39,129 nucleotides of DNA from Acidobacteriota bacterium (GTDB lineage: Bacteria; Acidobacteriota; Vicinamibacteria; Vicinamibacterales; Fen-181), in assembly GCA_003157675.1 (NCBI GenBank), contig PMKG01000469.1, positions 2,262 through 41,390 of the forward strand, read 5' to 3'. The notes beneath the pieces are model-generated. The model was given only the letters and a program-made list of their open reading frames with translations, had not been told where the DNA came from and ran no database searches. Made by a program: the position numbers and the translations under genes. Below are positions 25,543-31,336 of this stretch, one piece after another. Each line of letters opens with the position of its first letter. Positions within the stretch are counted from its first letter, which is position 1.

Positions 25543-25788
25543 TAGCGACACGCCGAACAGGAAAACATGTTAACCACTTGTATCACTTGAGTTTAGCTGC
25601 ATTAAGCGCGCGGATGTCGGCCTCCGGTGGCGCCCCGCGTTGTTCCACAATGAAACACAAGTGACAGAATTGTCCGACTAAGCGTAACAGGGCCAATGAC
25701 TTAGCGGCCGTGCCCCGATGTCTCAATATGCGATCACTGGAAATAGCGATAAGGCGGGTAAAAATTAGCGGCAAACCCGACGGGCCCG

Positions 25789-27144
25789 CTAGAGTGTGTC
25801 TATTTGATGCAACGAGGATCTGGCGGGGGCGAGGTCGTACTCGTCGATTTTGCGGTAGAGCGTTCCGCGGCTGATGTCGAGGATCTGGGCCGCTTCCTTC
25901 TTGTTCCAGCCGACGGCCTCGAGGACCTTGGCGATGTGCGTGCGCTCGGTCTCGCGCAGCGACGGAAGGCGCTCCTGCACGGGTTCGGCCGGCATCGCCG
26001 ACTGGTGGAGGAAGTCGATGTCCGACGCGCGGATGGCGCGCCCCGGCGCCGACAGCGCGGCCCTCGACACGGTGCTCTCGAGCTCCCGGATGTTGCCGGG
26101 CCACGGGTAGACCATCAACTGGTCCAGGGCCTCCCGCGCGAAGACCTTGCTGTCGATCGGCAGGCCGTTGGCCGCGCAGTACCGTGCCAGGAACCGCTGC
26201 GCCAGCACCGGGATGTCCACCTGACGTTCCTTGAGCGACGGCAGGCGGATCGAGAAGGCGTTGACGCGGTAGTAGAGATCTTCGCGGAACCGGCTCTCCC
26301 GCACGAACTGCTCGAGCGGCCGGTTGGTCGCCGAGATCAGCCGGAAGTCCACCTCGATCGACCGGTTGCCGCCCAGGCGCTCGAATCGCCGTTCTTCGAG
26401 GACGCGCAGCAGTTTGGCCTGCGCCACGAGCGACATGTCGCCGATCTCGTCGAGAAACAGCGTGCCGTGGTTGGCCAGCTCGAGCCGGCCCGGCTTCCGA
26501 TCGTGCGCCCCGGTGTAGGCGCCCTTCTCGTGGCCGAAGATCTCGGATTCGAACAGCGTGTCGGGCAGCGCGGCGCAGTTGACCGCCTGGAATTTGCTGT
26601 CCCCGCGGCGGCTCAGCTCGTGGATCATCCGGGCCACGACTTCCTTGCCCGACCCGGTCGGCCCGAGAATGAGCACCGAGATGTCCGACTTGGCTGCCGT
26701 CCGGATCCACTCGAAGACGACCATCATCTTCTCGTCGCGGCCGATCATCTCCCGGAAGCGCTGCACCGACGGCGACTGGTCCTCCATGCTGACCGTCGCA
26801 CGGCGATCCAGGAAGTCCGCCAGCAGCCCGACGACGGCGCTGGACTCGGGCCGGCAGGCCGTGTATTTGGGCGGCGTGCCGGGCAGCCGCCGGGCCAGTC
26901 CAAACCCCGCCAGCTCTGCCACGCAGTTGTCCACGTCGAGGCGCATCCGTCCGAAGACGCCCATCAGCGAGTCGACGTCGAATGGCTCGGGCTCGCGCGA
27001 GAACAGGTACCGGAGGATGCCGGCGCGCAGCGGCGATTGCACGAGCGTGCGGAAGCGCGCCTGCAGATCGGCGCCACCCGGCGTCGTGCGCGGGGCGGGC
27101 TCGCTAGCGAGTCGCGAAGGCAGGGAGGTCAGCTGGTCGCTCAC
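25789..27144 (-). CDS. Sigma-54-dependent transcriptional activator (bEBP) with a non-receiver N-terminal domain
   Basis: The AAA+ core is VLILGPTGSGKEVVARMIHELS...ESEIFGHEKGAYTGA (GAFTGA variant)...TLFLDEIGDMS. The C-terminal Fis-type HTH is NKKEAAQILDISRGTLYRKI. I prefer GTG 27144, because the track TTG 27306 extension has poor GC3. Confidence 0.8.
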   Translation of the reverse strand: MSDQLTSLPSRLASEPAPRTTPGGADLQARFRTLVQSPLRAGILRYLFSREPEPFDVDSLMGVFGRMRLDVDNCVAELAGFGLARRLPGTPPKYTACRPESSAVVGLLADFLDRRATVSMEDQSPSVQRFREMIGRDEKMMVVFEWIRTAAKSDISVLILGPTGSGKEVVARMIHELSRRGDSKFQAVNCAALPDTLFESEIFGHEKGAYTGAHDRKPGRLELANHGTLFLDEIGDMSLVAQAKLLRVLEERRFERLGGNRSIEVDFRLISATNRPLEQFVRESRFREDLYYRVNAFSIRLPSLKERQVDIPVLAQRFLARYCAANGLPIDSKVFAREALDQLMVYPWPGNIRELESTVSRAALSAPGRAIRASDIDFLHQSAMPAEPVQERLPSLRETERTHIAKVLEAVGWNKKEAAQILDISRGTLYRKIDEYDLAPARSSLHQIDTL

Positions 27145-27261
27145 GTCAGGTCCGGATGGCCGGAAACGCCCGGCTATTTGTCTATCGGTTCGGGCCGGGC
27201 GGCTCGACAGTCCCGCCCCGATCCCGTTCCGCCGGGCCCCCCCGGCCGGCCATCCTGACGC

Positions 27262-27348
27262 GAGCTCAGACGTCTTGAAGGGCGAAAGTCGTTGCGAATG
27301 AGTCAAGTTCTATCGAGGTCACTCGTGCCCTTCAAGACGTCTAGAGCC
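27262..27348. repeat. Long inverted repeat: perfect 16-bp arms, about 20 bp with one bulge, around a 43-nt spacer
   Basis: AGACGTCTTGAAGGGC (27268-27283) pairs with GCCCTTCAAGACGTCT (27327-27342). It lies in the leader/promoter region of the bEBP gene. Confidence 0.85.
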
Positions 27349-27382
27349 CCGCGCACTCGCGGGGCCAGTCAACAGCGTTTCC

Positions 27383-27433
27383 GGGCTAGCGAGGCGGGCA
27401 AGCTCGGCGGTCTGAGGCCCGCCTCGCTAGCCC
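27383..27433 (-). terminator. Perfect 17-bp stem with a 17-nt loop, overlapping the stop codon of the bPH gene (terminator-like, no U tract)
   Basis: GGGCTAGCGAGGCGGGC (27383-27399) pairs with GCCCGCCTCGCTAGCCC (27417-27433). The TAG stop (27429..27427) lies in the stem. A second hairpin, CCCCGCG-CACT-CGCGGGG, sits at 27347-27364. Confidence 0.4.
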
Positions 27434-27867
27434 AGCGTCGGCACCCTCGGCCGGGTATCGGGCGCCGCCGGCCTGAAGTAGTCGGACTGGTACCGGTCAA
27501 TCAGCGCCTTGATGCGCACGGCGTCCTTTTTGTGGTGGCCGTAGCAGCTGATCGGGCTCACGCCGCCGCTGGTCTCGATGAAGATGTCCGAGAAGAACAG
27601 CTTCGTGTCGATCCGGACTGACGCGACGTGGGCGATGTGGATCGTGTGCTCGAGCCGTCCGACCCACTGCGGCGTGTAGTGCACCACCGAGGTCGGCGAG
27701 ACCATCACCTGGGTCGGGAACAGGCGGTTTCCGCGGCTCCACCGGCTGGCCCTGAACACGTCGCCGGTCGTGAACGGCTTCCCCTTCCGCACGATGATGG
27801 CGACAAGCAGGACGACGGCCAGGAGGGCGACCACGGAGGCAATGACGAGGGCGGTCGTGGTGGTCAT
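27427..27867 (-). CDS. Membrane-anchored bacterial PH (bPH_2/YdbS-like) domain protein
   Basis: The N-terminal TM segment is ALVIASVVALLAVVLLVAIIV. It is followed by FRASRWSRGNRLFPTQVMVSPTSVVHYTPQWVGRLEHTIHIAHVASVRIDTKLFFSDIFIETSGG, which resembles bPH_2 topology. Confidence 0.55.
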   Translation of the reverse strand: MTTTTALVIASVVALLAVVLLVAIIVRKGKPFTTGDVFRASRWSRGNRLFPTQVMVSPTSVVHYTPQWVGRLEHTIHIAHVASVRIDTKLFFSDIFIETSGGVSPISCYGHHKKDAVRIKALIDRYQSDYFRPAAPDTRPRVPTLG

Positions 27868-27947
27868 GGCGCGTATTGTAGCCGCTCGCGCGGCCCGGGT
27901 TGAACCTTTGGCCGAGCCGGGCCGTCTAACGCCAGCAAGGGGGACGT

Positions 27948-28859
27948 GTGGTGATCCATCAAGCGCTTCGCTGGTCGGTGTCTCTGGCCGTCGTCGCGGC
28001 CGCCGCGCTCGTCGGGTCAGCCTGCGAGATTACGGTCGACGCGGGCCCGTATTCCGCTCACGAGGACAAGCGGTTCCAGGTCACCGGCACCCCCGACCTG
28101 TCGCTGACGACGTTCGACGGGTCGGTGGTGGTGCGGTCGTGGGACCGGCCCGAAGTGCTCGTCGAGATCGAGAAGCGGTCGTCGGACAAGACGCAGGCCG
28201 AGGCCATCCGGGTCACGGCCGAGCAGTCCGGCAACACCATCACGATCGAGGTCCGCAAGCCCGACGGCCCGCAGGCGTCGCTCGGCTTCCGCGTCTCGCC
28301 CTCCGCCCGCATCGTCGCCACCGTGCCGGCGCACTGCAACCTGATCGTGCGCAGCGAGGACGGCTCGATCCGGATCGAGCGCGTCGACGGGAAGATCGAC
28401 CTGCGCAGCGGCGACGGCAGCCTCACGGGGATCGACCTCGCCGGGGCGGTCCGCGCGCACACCGGCGACGGGTCGATGCGGTTCGACAACATGTCGGGCG
28501 CGCTCGACCTCGACAGCGGCGACGGCGGAGCGCGGGTGTCGGGCCGGCTCCAGGCGGTGAAGGTGCGGACCGGCGACGGGTCGGTCGAGGTGCGGGCCGC
28601 CGACGGCAGCGCGATGACCGACGACTGGGAAGTCCGCACCGGCGACGGCGGCGTGAGGCTGGAGCTGCCCGCGTCGTTCGGCGCCGTGCTCGACGCGGAG
28701 ACGGGTGACGGCACGGTGCGCGTCCGCGGATTCGGCGAGCCGACCGGCTCCGGCAAGCAAGGCGCGTCCCGTGGCGAGATGAAGCGCCAACTGGGCAGCG
28801 GCGGGAAGCTGCTGCGCCTGCGCAGCAACGGAGGGTCGATCGTGATCAGGACGCTCTAA
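27948..28859 (+). CDS. Secreted/lipoprotein-like DUF4097 (toastrack-type) beta-repeat protein
   Basis: GTG start with GGGGGA upstream and a signal sequence ending LVGSAC. It carries repeated xxGDGSxxV strands (RSGDGSLTGI, HTGDGSMRF, DSGDGGARV, RTGDGSVEV, RTGDGGVRL, ETGDGTVRV). Confidence 0.6.
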   Translation: MVIHQALRWSVSLAVVAAAALVGSACEITVDAGPYSAHEDKRFQVTGTPDLSLTTFDGSVVVRSWDRPEVLVEIEKRSSDKTQAEAIRVTAEQSGNTITIEVRKPDGPQASLGFRVSPSARIVATVPAHCNLIVRSEDGSIRIERVDGKIDLRSGDGSLTGIDLAGAVRAHTGDGSMRFDNMSGALDLDSGDGGARVSGRLQAVKVRTGDGSVEVRAADGSAMTDDWEVRTGDGGVRLELPASFGAVLDAETGDGTVRVRGFGEPTGSGKQGASRGEMKRQLGSGGKLLRLRSNGGSIVIRTL

Positions 28860-28860
28860 C

Positions 28861-28962
28861 TCGCATCTTGCGATCTCGCGATCGCGCGATCGTGCGAAGT
28901 ACGGCTACTGGCGCCACCCGTGCTTCAGATCGCAAGAGCGCCACATCGCAAGATCGCCAGAT
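28861..28962. repeat. GCGATC-rich composite palindrome (octamer-periodic arms in inverted orientation)
   Basis: The left arm is TCGCATCTTGCGATCTCGCGATCGCGCGATCGTGCGAAG. The right arm is CTTCAGATCGCAAGAGCGCCACATCGCAAGATCGCCAGATG. It lies between convergent gene ends. A related element is at 36860-36972. Confidence 0.8.
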
Positions 28963-28976
28963 GTCGGCCGTCCCCT

Positions 28977-29657
28977 TCACGGCCGGCTCAATCGCGGCGA
29001 CGGGGCGAGGTACTCCGTCGGATCCTCAACCCCCGCCGCCTCGAAGCCGTCCCTCCGCTCCCGGCACTTGCTGCACAGCCCGCAATGCCGTCCCCTCGAC
29101 GGCTTCATGCACGACATCGTCAGATCGAACCTCACGCCGAGCGACGCGCCCAGCCTGATGACGTCCTCCTTGTGCATGGAGGCGAACGGCGTCTCGATCG
29201 TCAACCCGTGATCGAGGCCGAGCGATAGCGCCCCCGCCATCGACGCGAAGAACTCCGGCGTCGCGTCGGGAAACGGGTTGCCGGCGAGCGGGCCGATCGC
29301 CAGCCGGTGGATCCCCCGCAGCGCGCAGAGCACGCCGGCCTTCGAGAGCAGCAGGACATTGCGTCCGGGCAGGTACACGTCCTCGTCCGGCGTATCGTAG
29401 GCGGGCGGCTCTCCGCGCCGCGCCCAGTGCGTCTCGGGGTAGAGATCGGACGCGTCGACCAGGATCCGGGCGAGCGGCAGGACGTTCGACGCGTAGGCGG
29501 GCGACGCGAGCAGGCGCCCGAGGAGCGCCACCTCCTCGGCCTCCCACGCGAGGCCCGCGCTCACGTAGATCGGCTGCACGAGGGCGGACCTGGCGGTCCG
29601 CGCCGCGAGCACCGCGCTGTCGAGCCCGCCGGAAAGCAGCACCGCCACGTCGGCCAT
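28977..29657 (-). CDS. queC: 7-cyano-7-deazaguanine synthase (PP-loop ATPase)
   Basis: The PP-loop is VAVLLSGGLDSAV. YLPGRNVLLLSKAG is present, and the C-terminal Zn cluster is CMKPSRGRHCGLCSKCRERRDGF. Confidence 0.8.
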   Translation of the reverse strand: MADVAVLLSGGLDSAVLAARTARSALVQPIYVSAGLAWEAEEVALLGRLLASPAYASNVLPLARILVDASDLYPETHWARRGEPPAYDTPDEDVYLPGRNVLLLSKAGVLCALRGIHRLAIGPLAGNPFPDATPEFFASMAGALSLGLDHGLTIETPFASMHKEDVIRLGASLGVRFDLTMSCMKPSRGRHCGLCSKCRERRDGFEAAGVEDPTEYLAPSPRLSRP

Positions 29658-29667
29658 GGGAACCGCC

Positions 29668-29716
29668 CTGAGTTCTGAGTCTTGAGTCTTGAGTCTTGAG
29701 CCTTGAGCCTTGAGCC
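29668..29716. repeat. Seven tandem heptamers (CTGAGTT CTGAGTC TTGAGTC TTGAGTC TTGAGCC TTGAGCC TTGAGCC) in the queC/queD divergent promoter
   Basis: Read directly from the sequence. The array occupies 49 of the 89 bp between the two start codons. Confidence 0.95.
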
Positions 29717-29746
29717 GCCGTGAATGTCCTACTGTACAATCGCAGC

Positions 29747-30151
29747 ATGTACTCCGTCACCAAGCGGATCGATTTCTGTTACGGCCACCGCCTTCTCGAC
29801 TACGGCGGGATCTGCAAGCACCCGCATGGGCACAACGCCGTTGCCGAGATCGAGGTCCGGACCGAGTCGCTCGACACGCGCAACATGGTGTGCGATTTCA
29901 GCGACATCAAGCGGATCGTCAAGGGGTGGATTGACGGCGAGTTCGATCACAAGATGATCCTGCGCCGCGACGACCCGCTGGTGGCGCCGCTCCTGGCGCT
30001 CGGCGAGCCGGTCTACCTGGTCGACTCGAACCCGACGGTCGAACTGATCGCGCGCCTCATCTTCACGCACGCGAAGGAACAGGGGTTCCACGTCGTCAAG
30101 GTCCGCGTGTGGGAGACGCCCACCTCGTTCGCCACCTACATGGGCGAGTAG
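29747..30151 (+). CDS. queD: 6-carboxy-5,6,7,8-tetrahydropterin synthase
   Basis: MYSVTKRIDFCYGHRLLDYGGICKHPHGHNAVAEIEV...DHKMIL matches the QueD/PTPS Cys-His-His pattern. I prefer ATG 29747, which lies 6 nt after TACAAT, over the track GTG at 29720. Confidence 0.85.
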   Translation: MYSVTKRIDFCYGHRLLDYGGICKHPHGHNAVAEIEVRTESLDTRNMVCDFSDIKRIVKGWIDGEFDHKMILRRDDPLVAPLLALGEPVYLVDSNPTVELIARLIFTHAKEQGFHVVKVRVWETPTSFATYMGE

Positions 30152-30154
30152 CGC

Positions 30155-30850
30155 GTGAACGCGACACCGTCCGCCGCGGGCCGGCCGTCCTTCGTCGTCT
30201 TCGACCTGGACGGCACGCTCATCGACTCGATCGCCGACCTCGCCGTGGCGGTGAACCGGCTGGTCGGGGAACGGGGAGGACGGTATCTCGAGACCGGCCG
30301 GGTGGTCGGGATGGTGGGCGAAGGGGCGGCGCTGCTCATCGCCCGCGCGTTCGAAGCCTCCGGCGCGAGCGGGGACCCGCGCGAGGCGATGGCGCGGTTC
30401 CTCGAGATCTACGACTCGCTCCTGCCCGGGACGACGCGGCCGTATTCGGGCGTGCCGGAGATGGTCCGCGCCCTGGCAGCCGTCGTGCCGCTGGCCGTGC
30501 TGACCAACAAGCCGGCGGGCGCGGCCACGAAGATCCTGTCGCTTTTGGGCCTCGCGCCGAGCTTCCGCCAGGTAGTCGGCGGCGACGGCCCGTACCGACG
30601 GAAGCCGGACCCTGACGGCCTGCGGCACCTGATGGCCGAGGCGGGCGTCGAGGCGCGAGACACCCTGATGGTCGGCGACTCCACGATCGACTTCCTGACC
30701 GCGCGGGCCGCCGGCGCGCGCGCGTGCCTCGTGCGATACGGCTTCGGCTTCGCTGCCCTGGACCGGAGCAAGTTCGGCGGCGGCGAGGTGTTCGCGGATG
30801 CTCCGTCGGACGTCGTGGCCCTGGTCTTGGAGGGCCGACATGCCGGTTGA
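30155..30850 (+). CDS. HAD-superfamily hydrolase (phosphoglycolate-phosphatase-like)
   Basis: Motif I is FVVFDLDGTLIDS, motif II is LAVLTNKP, and motifs III/IV are KPDPDGL...MVGDSTIDFLTARAAG. GTG start 3 nt after the queD stop. Confidence 0.8.
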   Translation: MNATPSAAGRPSFVVFDLDGTLIDSIADLAVAVNRLVGERGGRYLETGRVVGMVGEGAALLIARAFEASGASGDPREAMARFLEIYDSLLPGTTRPYSGVPEMVRALAAVVPLAVLTNKPAGAATKILSLLGLAPSFRQVVGGDGPYRRKPDPDGLRHLMAEAGVEARDTLMVGDSTIDFLTARAAGARACLVRYGFGFAALDRSKFGGGEVFADAPSDVVALVLEGRHAG

Positions 30851-31277
30851 GCGCGAGGGCTGGTCCGGCGACGGCGACTTCACGATCCAGCTGCTCGGGT
30901 GGCTCGAGCGGGTCGAGGAGATCGCGCGGCTGCGCGTCGAGGACGCGCCGGCCAGCCGGTCGGGCGCCGGCTACGTCCTGGTGGAGAACGAGATCTTCGT
31001 GACCTTCGCCACCGAGTCTCGCCGGGTTCCCGCCCGGTGGCTGGGCATCCTCCCGCGAACACGGACCATCGAGACGCCGCGCCTGACGCTCTCGGGCCTC
31101 GAGGCGCGCGTGGCTGCCGATGCCGACATCGGCCCGCCCGACTACGCCGACGAGGCAATGCTCCAGTACATGAGGACCGAGCGGATCGTCGCGTCCTACC
31201 AGACCAGGGGCTACAAGCTCGTGGAACTGGTTCGCCTCTATGAAGTTAAAGACTTTCGGGCCTCCGGCCGACACTGA
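30840..31277 (+). CDS. Hypothetical protein (145 aa)
   Basis: ATG 30840 overlaps the HAD gene end by 11 nt. It shows coding GC3 bias, and I recognise no motif. Confidence 0.5.
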   Translation: MPVEREGWSGDGDFTIQLLGWLERVEEIARLRVEDAPASRSGAGYVLVENEIFVTFATESRRVPARWLGILPRTRTIETPRLTLSGLEARVAADADIGPPDYADEAMLQYMRTERIVASYQTRGYKLVELVRLYEVKDFRASGRH

Positions 31278-31336
31278 CTCTGGGAGGCGCGTGTGATCTC
31301 GCGCCCCTCGCCTGTGGCGCAAGGAGAGCCACGCAC

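Noticed and set aside
27145-27306. The TTG-initiated N-terminal extension of the sigma-54 activator (track start 27306).
   Set aside because: It has a TTG start, many A/T third positions and no SD. It overlaps the long inverted repeat. Coding bias begins at GTG 27144.
29658-29746. A preQ1 riboswitch upstream of queC or queD.
   Set aside because: The intergenic region is only 89 bp and more than half of it is heptamer repeat. No preQ1 aptamer-like stem-loop with an A-rich tail is evident, and queD appears leaderless.
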